DNA of 64,000 bases from an uncultured Desulfobacteraceae bacterium (GTDB taxonomy: Bacteria; Desulfobacterota; DSM-4660; Desulfatiglandales; Desulfatiglandaceae), in assembly GCA_964407525.1 (NCBI GenBank), contig CAYOWC010000003.1, positions 1,588 through 65,587 of the forward strand, given 5' to 3'. The notes beneath the pieces are model-generated. The model was not told the origin of the DNA and ran no database searches. It saw only the letters and a program-made list of their open reading frames with translations. Positions within the stretch are counted from its first letter, which is position 1. Each line of letters opens with the position of its first letter. Position numbers and translations under genes: made by a program. Below are positions 1 through 9,298 of this stretch, in pieces.

Positions 1-219
1 ATCAGAGGTCCCGGTAGCCACATCCAGAAGCCGAAGCGTTTTGAAAAAACGCATCTTTCTCACGGCGGATCTCCGCCAGACAATATCCTGTCTCAGGCTT
101 AAAAAATGGTTCAGGAAATCATATTTCCCGGTGATGGTGGAGAAAATATGCCTGACCAGACGGATTCGTTCAATATCGTCGATTTGGTTTACAGACGGGT
201 AAGTGTTCTCCGAGGCCAT
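1..219 (-). CDS. UbiE/MenG-family (demethylmenaquinone/ubiquinone) C-methyltransferase, N-terminal fragment; the gene runs off the left edge
   Basis: A reverse-strand ATG at 217-219 opens a frame with no stop down to position 1, so it is absent from the ORF track. My translation is MASENTYPSVNQIDDIERIRLVRHIFSTITGKYDFLNHFLSLRQDIVWRRSAVRKM...LLDVATGTSD. It has the UbiE-type Y-D-x-L-N / W-R-R N-terminus followed by the SAM motif I (D-V-A-x-G-T). Confidence 0.6.
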   Translation of the reverse strand, partial: MASENTYPSVNQIDDIERIRLVRHIFSTITGKYDFLNHFLSLRQDIVWRRSAVRKMRFFKTLRLLDVATGTSD

Positions 220-260
220 TTATGTCCCTTTAACCTTTTCTTCAAATCCCCGTAGAGTTT

Positions 261-1022
261 TCAACCTGTACGCCTTAGCCTTGAAGAAGATTTTATGCGA
301 TTTGAGAAAAGTTTTGCGCAGATTGGGCAATAGAGATGATGTTCTTTTACATCGGTATGTTGCGTGGTACTCTTCTGGACGTGTTCAATAAATTTTTGTG
401 AAGCAAAATATTTTCCACAGGCTTCGCACCGCCGGAGGGCATGCACACCGATGACTTCATCACGGATGGAAATGGTTCTTATCCCATCTTTATCGATCAT
501 CCGTATGGCGTCCGTTGGGCAGATGTTCGCACATGTTCCGCAACCTATGCAGTTCCCTTCCACAGGGGTTACATAGCGCAACCCTTCCCGTTTTTCCATT
601 TTCAGGGCTCCTGCCTTCACGATCTCATTGCATACGCGGATGCATAAACGGCATCGTATACATCCGTCCGTGGGCGGCCCGAGATCAATGCCATGCTGAT
701 TTGCCAGGGCTCTGATCGTCTTAGACTGGGGCGCCATGGTAAGGAGGTTTCTGAAAGCTGAAGTGCGAGCCTTGATAACGGATTCGCTTTCCGTGTTTAT
801 CTCAAGCCCGTCCTTGGCCTTAACGATGCAGGAGAGTAGAACCCTCGGTTTCCCGGACGGGTATTTTACTTCGACCGCACACAGCTTACAGGCTCCAATC
901 GGTTTCAGGGCTTCATGGTAACAGAGCGTAGGTATCGAAATGCCGGCAGTTCGGGCAACCTGGAGGACCGACATCCCTTCTTTGGCTTCAAAAATGGAGC
1001 CGTTTATAACGATAGTAGGCAA
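261..1022 (-). CDS. 2Fe-2S plus 4Fe-4S iron-sulfur protein, NuoG/FdhA N-terminal-like electron-transfer subunit
   Basis: The N-terminus has a plant-type 2Fe-2S pattern (CYHEALKPIGACKLCAV). CIRCRLCIRVC and CIGCGTCANICP ferredoxin motifs follow. It is co-directional with the Mo-oxidoreductase operon. Confidence 0.75.
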   Translation of the reverse strand: MPTIVINGSIFEAKEGMSVLQVARTAGISIPTLCYHEALKPIGACKLCAVEVKYPSGKPRVLLSCIVKAKDGLEINTESESVIKARTSAFRNLLTMAPQSKTIRALANQHGIDLGPPTDGCIRCRLCIRVCNEIVKAGALKMEKREGLRYVTPVEGNCIGCGTCANICPTDAIRMIDKDGIRTISIRDEVIGVHALRRCEACGKYFASQKFIEHVQKSTTQHTDVKEHHLYCPICAKLFSNRIKSSSRLRRTG

Positions 1023-1039
1023 GTGAATAGTCTCCTCAA

Positions 1040-1489
1040 TCAGTCTCGGCCGGCTTCCTGAAGGTCATCCAGGTATTCTTCAAGGTAATGGAGTTCGCTC
1101 GATAACGTGCCGACCTGATGCTGGACAAGGTCGCAGAAATTAAGGATACCGACAATTTGGCTGTCTCTTACCACTGGAAGGTGTTTAATGCCTGCCTTGA
1201 TCATTAGGGAAATGGTAGGCTCAATCCCATCTTCAGGTTTGGCTACAATGAGTCTTTTTGTCATCGCGTCTTTCAAAAGGATTTCGGGAAAAGGACTCTG
1301 ATTGTTTTTGGCATAACACAGTACCACATCTTTTTCCGTGAAAATTCCCACGGGATGACCATCTTCTACGACAATCAAGCCGGTGATTTCTTTTCCAACC
1401 ATGAGTTCAATGGCATCTTCTGCCGTAAGGTTGGCTTCTATGGTGAAAACCGCACAGGTTTTCTGGTTGATAATATCCTCGATAATCAT
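1040..1489 (-). CDS. CBS-domain pair (Bateman module) protein
   Basis: A 149 aa stand-alone protein with two CBS-like repeats (GLIVVEDGHPVGIFTEKDV; HLPVVRDSQIVGILNFCDL). Confidence 0.8.
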   Translation of the reverse strand: MIIEDIINQKTCAVFTIEANLTAEDAIELMVGKEITGLIVVEDGHPVGIFTEKDVVLCYAKNNQSPFPEILLKDAMTKRLIVAKPEDGIEPTISLMIKAGIKHLPVVRDSQIVGILNFCDLVQHQVGTLSSELHYLEEYLDDLQEAGRD

Positions 1490-1493
1490 GGTT

Positions 1494-1718
1494 TTATTGC
1501 GCCATGGGTTTTTCTATAGCTCGAAGGCAGTCTTGCGGAAAACGATGGGTTCCTTCTCCATCAAGGGTTACTTCCACCAGTGCGTCCGGATCATTTTTTA
1601 CCGTGTCGGGGTCGGTTATGACTCCATGCACCCCGATGTATCGGTCCATATAATCCTGCCAACTCTCATCGTCTGATTTCTTATACACCTCAACCTTCTG
1701 CCCTCGTCTAAATTCCAT
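1494..1718 (-). CDS. Small hypothetical protein (74 aa)
   Basis: The track ORF 1494-1811 overlaps the upstream gene. The internal ATG at 1718 (MEFRRGQKVEVYKK...) is preceded by GGAGAG at a 5 nt spacing and starts after the upstream stop at 1748. I recognise no family. Confidence 0.4.
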   Translation of the reverse strand: MEFRRGQKVEVYKKSDDESWQDYMDRYIGVHGVITDPDTVKNDPDALVEVTLDGEGTHRFPQDCLRAIEKPMAQ

Positions 1719-1747
1719 TATTTCTCTCCGTTTTCCTGCAATCCCTT

Positions 1748-3916
1748 TCAACTCAAAATCCTGGGCGGCGTAATCTCCACATGGCTTTCCGCAGTAGTTT
1801 TTCGAGCACATTCCAGACAGAGGATTCGGTTTTCCAGGTGCTTGTTTATTCCCTGTATCCTTTTTCGCAAATAATCGTGATATTTGGCAGGTCCCGTGAC
1901 TTTTCCACAGACTTCACAATGTTCCACAACCAGTCGGTTGAGGATGGTACCACAGAGATTTAAAAGCCTTTCGTTCCCTCTGTCTTCTATTCTTATGGCC
2001 CCTGTGGGACAGTTGGATGCACAGGCGCCGCAAAGAATGCAGCGTTCAGCAGTTACCCGAAAATCCGTTGGTCCCGGGTTGTCGAAATCCAGATACCCCA
2101 TCTGTAATGCGTCTATTCCCATTTTATTGCTGCATATGTCAACACACGTTCCACATCGGATACAGATATCGCATCTGAGACAACGCCGAGCCTCTTCTCT
2201 TGCACTGTTTTCTGAGTATCCGAGTTCCGCCTGCTGAAAGGTAACTCGTCTCCTTTCATCATTGAGCATGGGCATTTCAGGCCTTACAAGGGCCATCTTG
2301 GTGGATGCGGGAATTTCTGTGAACTCCACTCTACTGCGACGAACGGGAACGGGGGGCATTTTGGGATGGGGAATCCCTCTCAGATAGCGGTCTATGGCAT
2401 CTGCAGCTTTCTTACCGCCGCCAATAGCTTCAACAACTGTTGCCGGTCCGGAGACTGCATCCCCTGCCGCAAATATGCCTTCCACTGAGGTTTCCATACT
2501 GGCGATGTTCACGCTGAGTGTATTTCTTTTGGTCCACTTCAAATCCTGCAGGTCATCAAGACCTTTTCGGTCAACCGTCTGGCCGATGGCAGGAATTACC
2601 GCGTCTACTTGCAGAAGATAATCGCTTCCTTCCACGGGAACAGGTTTCCTTCGGCCGCTTTCATCCGGGGGGCCCAGTTCTGTCCTGAGACAATGCAGGG
2701 AGGAAAGCTTTTCATTGGCGCCTTTAATTTCTACGGGAATAGTCAGGAAAGAAAATTTCACCCCTTCCTCTTCTGCCTGAAAGACCTCTTCTTCGTTCGC
2801 AGGCATCTCGTTCCGTGTGCGCCGGTAAACCACATATACCTCTTCGCATCCAAGGCGGATCGATGTGCGGGCTGCATCCATGGCCACATTGCCCCCGCCT
2901 ATGACAGCGACCTTCCTGCCTGGAATACGCCTGTTACCCAGAGCCACCCGGCGAAGAAAAGCTATGGCATCAATAACTTGAGGGTATGTATCTTCCCCCG
3001 CGATACCGGCTTTGTAGGATGCGTGGGCGCCTACAGCCATGAAAAAGGCGTCAAATCCTTCTTCCCTGAGTTGATCAAAGGTCACGTCTTTTCCAAAACG
3101 GGTATCGAAACGAAAAACCACACCCAGGTCTTCGATCATGGTTACTTCCTGGTCTATAACCTCCCTCGGAAGGCGATATCTCGGTATGCCCACCATCATC
3201 ATTCCACCTGCCATGGGAAGAGCTTCGATAACTGTCACGGCGTAGCCGTTGAGTGCAAGATAGTAGGCTGCGGTCAGTCCACCGGGACCTGCTCCGATGA
3301 TACATACCTTGTGATTTTTATCGGGTAATTTCGGGGGATTTCTGTAAAGCCTGTCCGACATGGCTTTTTCTGCTGCAAAGCCTTTAAGGTATTTGATGGA
3401 TACCGGTTTATCGATTCTGCCTCTCACGCACATGAATTCGCATGGGTTGGTGCATACGAGGCCGCATACCCATGGGAAGGGGTTATCTCTCCTGATCAGC
3501 TCTATGGCTTCTTCATCCCTTCCCTGGCTTATGAGCGTTACATAGCTGGGCACATCAATTCCAGCCGGACATGCCATCTGGCATGGCGCAGGCGCAAGCC
3601 TGACGCAGGCCGCATCGGGGCAATTCCGGGTTTTCAGATGGCTTAGAAAGGTCTCCTGGTATGTGACTAGTCTATACAGGATTTCTTTGCCTGTATCAAC
3701 ACAGGCCCTGTCCGGACTTTCTTCCACGAGGTTCTTTGAAATGGAGTGGATAGCAGGTAGATGTTCTTTTCCCGCCCTTCCGGAAGAGATGTCCTCTAAA
3801 AGCTTTAGTATTTCTTCCGCCCGTTGTCTACACCTTGCATTTTTCAAATATCCTTCAGAAATGATATCTGAAAGCCAATTGATGGTATCGGCAACCGGGC
3901 AAGCTCTATTGGCCAT
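1748..3916 (-). CDS. NAD(P)H-dependent FAD/Fe-S oxidoreductase, glutamate synthase small-subunit (GltD)-like, with a C-terminal poly-ferredoxin region
   Basis: It has a Cys-rich GltD-type N-domain (CQMACPAGIDVP...CTNPCEFMC). Two Rossmann motifs are present (VCIIGAGPGGLTAA; VAVIGGGNVAMDAA). The C-terminus carries CLRCDICIRCGTCVDIC and CILCGACASNCP clusters. Confidence 0.8.
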   Translation of the reverse strand: MANRACPVADTINWLSDIISEGYLKNARCRQRAEEILKLLEDISSGRAGKEHLPAIHSISKNLVEESPDRACVDTGKEILYRLVTYQETFLSHLKTRNCPDAACVRLAPAPCQMACPAGIDVPSYVTLISQGRDEEAIELIRRDNPFPWVCGLVCTNPCEFMCVRGRIDKPVSIKYLKGFAAEKAMSDRLYRNPPKLPDKNHKVCIIGAGPGGLTAAYYLALNGYAVTVIEALPMAGGMMMVGIPRYRLPREVIDQEVTMIEDLGVVFRFDTRFGKDVTFDQLREEGFDAFFMAVGAHASYKAGIAGEDTYPQVIDAIAFLRRVALGNRRIPGRKVAVIGGGNVAMDAARTSIRLGCEEVYVVYRRTRNEMPANEEEVFQAEEEGVKFSFLTIPVEIKGANEKLSSLHCLRTELGPPDESGRRKPVPVEGSDYLLQVDAVIPAIGQTVDRKGLDDLQDLKWTKRNTLSVNIASMETSVEGIFAAGDAVSGPATVVEAIGGGKKAADAIDRYLRGIPHPKMPPVPVRRSRVEFTEIPASTKMALVRPEMPMLNDERRRVTFQQAELGYSENSAREEARRCLRCDICIRCGTCVDICSNKMGIDALQMGYLDFDNPGPTDFRVTAERCILCGACASNCPTGAIRIEDRGNERLLNLCGTILNRLVVEHCEVCGKVTGPAKYHDYLRKRIQGINKHLENRILCLECARKTTAESHVEITPPRILS

Positions 3917-3959
3917 TATTCAAGGTTCCTGGAGGTGAGTGCAGATTGTCACCAATATT

Positions 3960-4472
3960 TTATATGGTTTCTTCCAAGGATGCCATTGCCTTTGCGTAAC
4001 GCTCTCTTCTTATTTTGGGTGGTGTTTCGGCGGGGCCGAACTGAAGGCAATGGGTCGTGCAAACGGTAACGCAGGCAGGTTGTTTGCCCTGGTCGAGCCG
4101 ATCCATGCAGTAATCGCATTTGACAGCCTTTCCTGTTTCAGGGTTCCATTGTGGGGCGCCCCACGGGCATGCGGACAAGCAGGTTTTGCATCCAACGCAG
4201 AGCAAGGGGTCCACAAACACGATTCCATCCGTTTCCCTCTTCTGCATAGCGCCCGTTGGACATGCTGCTACACACCACGGGTCTTCGCAGTGAAAACAGG
4301 GCATGAACGTATATGCTGCTTTTGGCTGATTCCCGACAAAGACCGGACCGACAGTGACGATTTCGCAGAGTTTTGGCCCGACGGGTAGATTCTTGTTGGC
4401 TTTACAGGCTACTTCACATGTGTGGCAACCGATGCATTTCTTTGTATCCTGAAAAAGGTAGTATTTGCTCAT
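3960..4472 (-). CDS. 4Fe-4S poly-cluster electron-transfer subunit (DmsB/PsrB/HybA-like)
   Basis: The Cys motifs CIGCHTCEVAC, CFHCEDPWCVAACP, CVGCKTCLSACP and CDYC...C match the beta subunits of DMSO-reductase-family enzymes. It lies immediately downstream of the catalytic subunit. Confidence 0.85.
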   Translation of the reverse strand: MSKYYLFQDTKKCIGCHTCEVACKANKNLPVGPKLCEIVTVGPVFVGNQPKAAYTFMPCFHCEDPWCVAACPTGAMQKRETDGIVFVDPLLCVGCKTCLSACPWGAPQWNPETGKAVKCDYCMDRLDQGKQPACVTVCTTHCLQFGPAETPPKIRRERYAKAMASLEETI

Positions 4473-4505
4473 TGTATCACTCCAACTCCAAGTATGCTGA
4501 GGCCC

Positions 4506-6590
4506 TTAATCTGGCTTGACCGTTACAAAAGTATTGTGAAAGGCGGGGCTTCCTCCGATCATATCGGATACGTTTTCCATCAGTGACGCATCATTCAGGC
4601 CTTTACTGAATGAACGGGTGGCCCCTTTGGACTCGTGGCCGAAACCATGGAGCATGAACACCATTTCCGGATGGATGAGGGGTGTCACGAAGGCCTTTAT
4701 TTTTCCGGAACCGCAACTCGATGATACTTTCACCCAATCTCCGTTATTTATTCCCATTTTTCCAGCTTTTTCTGCGTTGATCCAGAGGGTGTTTTCAGGG
4801 GTGATTTCATTCAGGTAGGGATTGTTTTGAGTGGAAACATGGGTATGGACAGCGCAACGTCCTGTTACCAACCTGAACTGGTCATCCGGGGGTGAAATTA
4901 CGGAAGCATAAGGGGGAAATGAGCGGTAACCGGCGTCCTTTAATAATGTTGATTCTAATTCAATCTTTCCGGAAGGCGTCTTAAAGGGTATACCGTCTTT
5001 TCTGTCCCACAAAATCTGCTTATCGCCGTATGCGACGAAGCCTTTCGACTGGAAGTCTTCCATGTCAAACCCTGTGCCTTCCAGTTGCCAGGCAACCAGT
5101 TCCTCCATGGTTTCATAGGGAAAATATTCTCCAATTCCCAGCTTTTCCCCAATCTGTTTTAGAATCATGGCGCCCGGTCGCGTGTCATATCGCGGGGTTA
5201 CTGATTGCCGTCTTAAAAACATCTGTGGTTTGAGTCCATTCATCTGTTGAATACAGTCTGTCCTTTCAAGATAGGTGGACTCAGGCAGGATTACATCGGA
5301 ATACCAGGCAATATCGCTGTAGTTGATGTCTATGGTCACGATAAGATCCAGTTTATCCAGCGCCTTTTTTGTCAAATTGGAATCAGGTATGGACATAATT
5401 GGCTCAAAGCGGAAATTAATCAGGGCCTTCAAAGGGTACGGATCTTCTTCGAGTATGGCGTACGGCAGCATCTGGGCTACCCCATGATTGGGATCAGGGA
5501 GAGGGAAATCCGGGGTCCCTACTTTGTCAAAACGTGGAAGATCGATTTTAGGGAAGGTTTGTTCCGTGAGCTTCCTCGCTGCTTTTCCACCGATTTCACC
5601 GGGGCCTTTCTTGAAGAACAGGCCACCTTTTGCTTCGATGCTTCCCATGAGAACATTCAGTATGAAAATCGACCGGCGCATATAGATTTCATCGGTGTGG
5701 CTTGCTCCCCTGTATCCAAAATGAAAGATAACGGAAGGACTGTCTTTGGCCACTTCCCTTGCCAGATTTTCTATCTCAATGGCAGAAATTCCGGTTTCTC
5801 CCTCAGCCCATTGAGGAGTATGGGGTTGTACAAAGTCCTGGAGTTCCTGAAGACCCGTCACCCAACGGTCTACGAACGCGGCATCGTAAAGCCTGTCTCG
5901 AAGAATTACATGGATCAGAGCATAATTCAGGGCCAGGTCTGTGCCGGGCCTGATCATCCAGTAGCGTGAAGATTTTGTGGCGGTGACCGTGACTCTCGGA
6001 TCGATACAGGTAACTTTGGCGCCATTTTCCATGGCATCCGTCAGGGCGTTGACACCTTTCACTTCGATGGCTTCAAAAATATTTCGACCGTACAGAACAA
6101 TGTGTTTGGTATTTTTATAATCTATTCCGATCTGGGCATCCGTATATCCGAAAAGGGACCTTGCTGCCGTATTCACCGAGCCTTTGCACAGGGCATCATG
6201 TGTGAAATGATTGGGCGAACCGATCGCTTTCATGAAGGTCTTGCTGACATGGGTTGCTAACTGTGTACGCTCGCCTAAAGCTACGCTGTGTCCCCCGTGA
6301 TTATCAATGATGTTCCTGAGTTTGTCGCCGACCATGGTGAGAGCTTCCTCCCATGAAGCCTTTCTCCATTGGCCGGACCCTCTGGCCCCGGTCCTTATCA
6401 TGGGCGACTGAACCCGATCATGATCGTACAGAAGGGCTGTCCCGGCGGCGCCTTTCGGGCAAAGGCTACCCTCGATGCCAGGTACATGAGGATTGCCCTC
6501 AATCCATTTTACCTGGTCATTTTCTACGGTGACCTTTATGGGACAGCGAACCGAACACATAAAACAGAGGCTGTATACTTCCTTCTCCAT
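4506..6590 (-). CDS. Molybdopterin (Mo/W-bisPGD) oxidoreductase catalytic subunit, DMSO-reductase superfamily, predicted cytoplasmic
   Basis: A 694 aa protein. The N-terminus goes straight into the 4Fe-4S motif CFMCSVRCP...CPKG, with no twin-arginine leader. The remainder has MopB-like architecture. No in-frame TGA is present. Confidence 0.85.
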   Translation of the reverse strand: MEKEVYSLCFMCSVRCPIKVTVENDQVKWIEGNPHVPGIEGSLCPKGAAGTALLYDHDRVQSPMIRTGARGSGQWRKASWEEALTMVGDKLRNIIDNHGGHSVALGERTQLATHVSKTFMKAIGSPNHFTHDALCKGSVNTAARSLFGYTDAQIGIDYKNTKHIVLYGRNIFEAIEVKGVNALTDAMENGAKVTCIDPRVTVTATKSSRYWMIRPGTDLALNYALIHVILRDRLYDAAFVDRWVTGLQELQDFVQPHTPQWAEGETGISAIEIENLAREVAKDSPSVIFHFGYRGASHTDEIYMRRSIFILNVLMGSIEAKGGLFFKKGPGEIGGKAARKLTEQTFPKIDLPRFDKVGTPDFPLPDPNHGVAQMLPYAILEEDPYPLKALINFRFEPIMSIPDSNLTKKALDKLDLIVTIDINYSDIAWYSDVILPESTYLERTDCIQQMNGLKPQMFLRRQSVTPRYDTRPGAMILKQIGEKLGIGEYFPYETMEELVAWQLEGTGFDMEDFQSKGFVAYGDKQILWDRKDGIPFKTPSGKIELESTLLKDAGYRSFPPYASVISPPDDQFRLVTGRCAVHTHVSTQNNPYLNEITPENTLWINAEKAGKMGINNGDWVKVSSSCGSGKIKAFVTPLIHPEMVFMLHGFGHESKGATRSFSKGLNDASLMENVSDMIGGSPAFHNTFVTVKPD

Positions 6591-6688
6591 GCATCTTTCT
6601 CCTCGATCAGAATGCGATGGTTTTGCATCAAATCGTTGTTTCTATTTAATTCCTGGCATATGTAAAATGTCTTTTGTTTTTCTGAGCA

Positions 6689-6716
6689 TAAAAAAAGCCC
6701 GCCATGGGGACGGGCT
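6689..6716 (-). terminator. Rho-independent terminator ending the Fe-S/NifX-like locus
   Basis: The minus-strand RNA reads aaagcccg-tccccatgg-cgggcttt followed by a U7 tract. It lies 60 nt after the stop at 6777. Confidence 0.6.
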
Positions 6717-6776
6717 TTACTATTCCATTTTTTCCTTTTTGTGTCAATAATGGAAATTGCTAATTGGAAACCGCTG

Positions 6777-7643
6777 CTAAATTTCTATCGCCTCCGTTAC
6801 TTTTTGCCAGAGTTCTTTCACCGAGAGTGCCGCTTCTGATTTTGGATCATATTCAAAAATCGTCTTCGCCTGGACCATGGACTTTGTGAATACGGGATCA
6901 AATGGGACTCTCCCTATTACGCGCATGCCCCTTTCATTCGAAAAATCTTCAATGGCCTGGGTCTGTTCAAGATTCAGATCAAATTTATTCACACAAACCA
7001 GCGCCGGCACCTTGAAATGCGCGGCTAATTGGGAAACCCTCTCCATGTCGTGTCTGCCCGATACGGTGGGTTCGGCGATGATGAGAAGTGCGGCTGCGCC
7101 TCCGATGGAAGCGATAACCGGGCAACCTATCCCTGGAGGGCCATCGGTCAATATCAGGTCCATGCCCTGCTTTTCTGCAAGGGACTTTGCTTCAGTCCGC
7201 ACAATGGTCACAAGTTTGCCTGAATTTTCCTCTGCGATACCCAGCCTGGCATGGATCATGGGGCCGAACCGTGAGTCGGAGCGAAACCACTGTCCGCAGG
7301 TGTTTACAGGGAAATCGATAGCCTTTTCAGGGCAGAAATAGACGCAAACTCCGCATCCTTCACATTCCAGAGGGTCTACCTCGTAGTTTTCATCGATGGC
7401 GTTCCACCTGCAGAGATCTGTACAGCGTCCGCATTCAGTACATTTGTCATGGTTGATGACGGCAGTACTCCCACCCTGAAAATCGTGTTCTTCCTTCACG
7501 TCCGGATTCATGATCAGGTGAAGATCCGCTGCATCCACATCCGCATCACAGAGGACTTTGTTTTGGGCCAATGAAGCAAAAGAGGCCACGATACTTGTTT
7601 TGCCTGTTCCGCCTTTGCCGCTTATGATAACCAACTCTTTCAT
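6777..7643 (-). CDS. MinD/ParA-type P-loop ATPase with an inserted 2x[4Fe-4S] ferredoxin domain
   Basis: It has a deviant Walker A (GKGGTGKTS). An internal CTECGRCTDLC ... CEGCGVCVYFCP insert follows. I chose the ATG at 7643 because GAAGGTG sits 6 nt upstream; the track start at 7652 is a GTG. Confidence 0.85.
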   Translation of the reverse strand: MKELVIISGKGGTGKTSIVASFASLAQNKVLCDADVDAADLHLIMNPDVKEEHDFQGGSTAVINHDKCTECGRCTDLCRWNAIDENYEVDPLECEGCGVCVYFCPEKAIDFPVNTCGQWFRSDSRFGPMIHARLGIAEENSGKLVTIVRTEAKSLAEKQGMDLILTDGPPGIGCPVIASIGGAAALLIIAEPTVSGRHDMERVSQLAAHFKVPALVCVNKFDLNLEQTQAIEDFSNERGMRVIGRVPFDPVFTKSMVQAKTIFEYDPKSEAALSVKELWQKVTEAIEI

Positions 7644-7667
7644 ACAATTCACCTTCTGATATTGGTC

Positions 7668-8516
7668 TTATTCGCTGTTCTTGTTGACAATGTCTTTGAT
7701 GCGATCGTGGAGATTGCGAAATTGCTCCCTGTATTCAGGCAGGGCATCCACGAGAAGTTCTCCCTTTGAGTAGGCCACGGCTATGTCTCGGTCGAACGGG
7801 ATTTCCATCAGGATGGGCAACTCTTCTTCCCCCGCATACTCCCTTACTCGATCATCACCCATATCGGAGCGGTTAATGACAAGACCTGAAGGGATACCTA
7901 AAATCTTGACTGCTTCCACGGCCAATTTGAGATCGTGCAAACCAAATGGCGTGGGTTCAGTGACCAGCAAGACAAAATCTACGCCCTTCATGGCTGCAAT
8001 GACCGGGCAGGAGGTGCCCGGAGGCGCATCAATGATGGTGAGCCCGTCCATTTTTGTGTGAGATCGTACTGCCCGAATCAATGGAGGAGACATGGCCTCT
8101 CCTATCCTTAATTTGCCATGGACGAATTCAAGTCCGTTCTTGGTAGCCATTTCAATGACACCAAGTTCGCGCCCCGTTTCAGTGATGGCATTCTCAGGAC
8201 AGACTTCCATGCAGCCGCCGCAACTGTGGCACATTTCGTGGAATGGGAGCACCGTTTCACCGATTACCACGATTGCCTTGAACTGGCATATATCACTGCA
8301 TTTTTTACACAAAGTGCACTTTTCTTCGTCTACTTCCGGAACAGGGGTCGATATTGTTTCAGATTTGTGAAAAGAAGGGTGTATGAACAGATGAGCGTTC
8401 GGCTCTTCTACGTCACAATCCAGCAATTGGACTTGCTGATCGACAGCCACAGCCAGATTGGTGGCTACGGTTGTTTTCCCTGTCCCCCCTTTTCCACTCG
8501 CGATACTTATTATCAT
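7668..8516 (-). CDS. MinD/ParA-type P-loop ATPase with an inserted 2x[4Fe-4S] ferredoxin domain (paralog)
   Basis: GKGGTGKTT Walker A with a CTLCKKCSDIC ... CHSCGGCMEVCP insert. The architecture matches the neighbouring gene. Confidence 0.85.
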   Translation of the reverse strand: MIISIASGKGGTGKTTVATNLAVAVDQQVQLLDCDVEEPNAHLFIHPSFHKSETISTPVPEVDEEKCTLCKKCSDICQFKAIVVIGETVLPFHEMCHSCGGCMEVCPENAITETGRELGVIEMATKNGLEFVHGKLRIGEAMSPPLIRAVRSHTKMDGLTIIDAPPGTSCPVIAAMKGVDFVLLVTEPTPFGLHDLKLAVEAVKILGIPSGLVINRSDMGDDRVREYAGEEELPILMEIPFDRDIAVAYSKGELLVDALPEYREQFRNLHDRIKDIVNKNSE

Positions 8517-8593
8517 GATTGTATTCGGAAACCGAAATCATGGATTCAAAAAAGTCAAAGACCCTGCAAACCCAAACTTCTGTTTTCCGCCTT

Positions 8594-9031
8594 TCATTTC
8601 TGCCGTTGTTTGACCATGTAATTATTCAATGCTTCCTGCAGGGTTTCCCCTGCAAGAAAAGCACAATGCTCCTCTTCTCCGGGAAGGCCTCCCAGTCTTT
8701 CAAGGATATCCTTTCCCGTAACATAAAGCAGCTCATCCGGAGTCTTATTCAGAGCCATTTCCGCCGCGAAAGAACCGCACACCGCGCTTGACCCACACCC
8801 ATCTGTTTTAAAGGATGCTTCTTTCACCTGGTTGTTTTCAAACTTCAGGAAAATTTCCATGGTGTCGCTACATGGCCCTGTGACTCGTGCGTATCCGTCG
8901 GGATCTTTGATTTCCCCCTGATAGAGCGGATTCTGCCATCTTTCGAAAGCTGCAACGCCATAGGCGTTTTTTGTATCGTCAAAGATTTCTGCCTGGAGAT
9001 TCTTTACAAAATTGTCGAAATCCTCACCCAT
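8594..9031 (-). CDS. IscU/NifU N-terminal-like Fe-S cluster scaffold protein
   Basis: The three scaffold cysteines are in the canonical context: GPCSDTM, DGCGSS and EEHCAFLA. Length is 145 aa. Confidence 0.8.
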   Translation of the reverse strand: MGEDFDNFVKNLQAEIFDDTKNAYGVAAFERWQNPLYQGEIKDPDGYARVTGPCSDTMEIFLKFENNQVKEASFKTDGCGSSAVCGSFAAEMALNKTPDELLYVTGKDILERLGGLPGEEEHCAFLAGETLQEALNNYMVKQRQK

Positions 9032-9057
9032 CTTTTTTCCCTCTGATTACCGTTTTG

Positions 9058-9270
9058 TCAGCTCCTCGACATGCGCTCACCACATTTTGGGCATTTCTGC
9101 TCAAAACAGGGAATACCTCGTTCATGTGGAGCTTTCGTTCCGCATTTCGGGCATAAACAGTCTCCTCCGGGTCCCAGGCCTTTACCTCCGCCCCATCCTC
9201 GGCCCCTGCCTGACTCTTCCTGCCCCTGGCCTTTTGCCACACCCTGCCGACCTTGTCCTCTTGTCGCCAT
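9058..9270 (-). CDS. Small Gly/Arg-rich protein with a C-terminal Cys-rich zinc-ribbon
   Basis: The ATG at 9270 is preceded by GGGAGG at an 8 nt spacing. The sequence is [36 protein letters not shown] followed by DCLCPKCG...[11 protein letters not shown]. The product is 70 aa. Confidence 0.6.
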   Translation of the reverse strand: MATRGQGRQGVAKGQGQEESGRGRGWGGGKGLGPGGDCLCPKCGTKAPHERGIPCFEQKCPKCGERMSRS

Positions 9271-9298
9271 AGTCCACACCTCCCATAGATTGGAAATG

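Noticed and set aside
1494-1811. N-terminally extended ORF-track starts. Examples are 1494-1811, 10282-10683, 12232-12723, 14115-14513, 25099, 29042, 35939, 45375, 49552, 54804, 59190 and 61783.
   Set aside because: The extensions overlap the preceding gene or add non-conserved residues. Internal ATG/GTG codons with Shine-Dalgarno sequences at 5-8 nt reproduce the family-typical N-termini, so I used the shorter models.
2609-3328. Long plus-strand ORF (239 aa). Similar antisense ORFs occur at 5247-5969, 21410-21952, 25404-25973, 26094-26642, 29771-30484, 33660-34712, 36295-37086, 43639-44394 and 62115-62762.
   Set aside because: Each lies entirely or largely opposite a gene with clear family motifs. 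Their translations are low-complexity, with no recognisable motifs or ribosome-binding sites. They are shadow ORFs of the real genes.
4506-6590. Selenocysteine-containing Mo/W enzyme.
   Set aside because: The reading frame is uninterrupted, with no in-frame TGA. A Cys occupies the likely ligand position, and no SECIS-like hairpin needs to be invoked.
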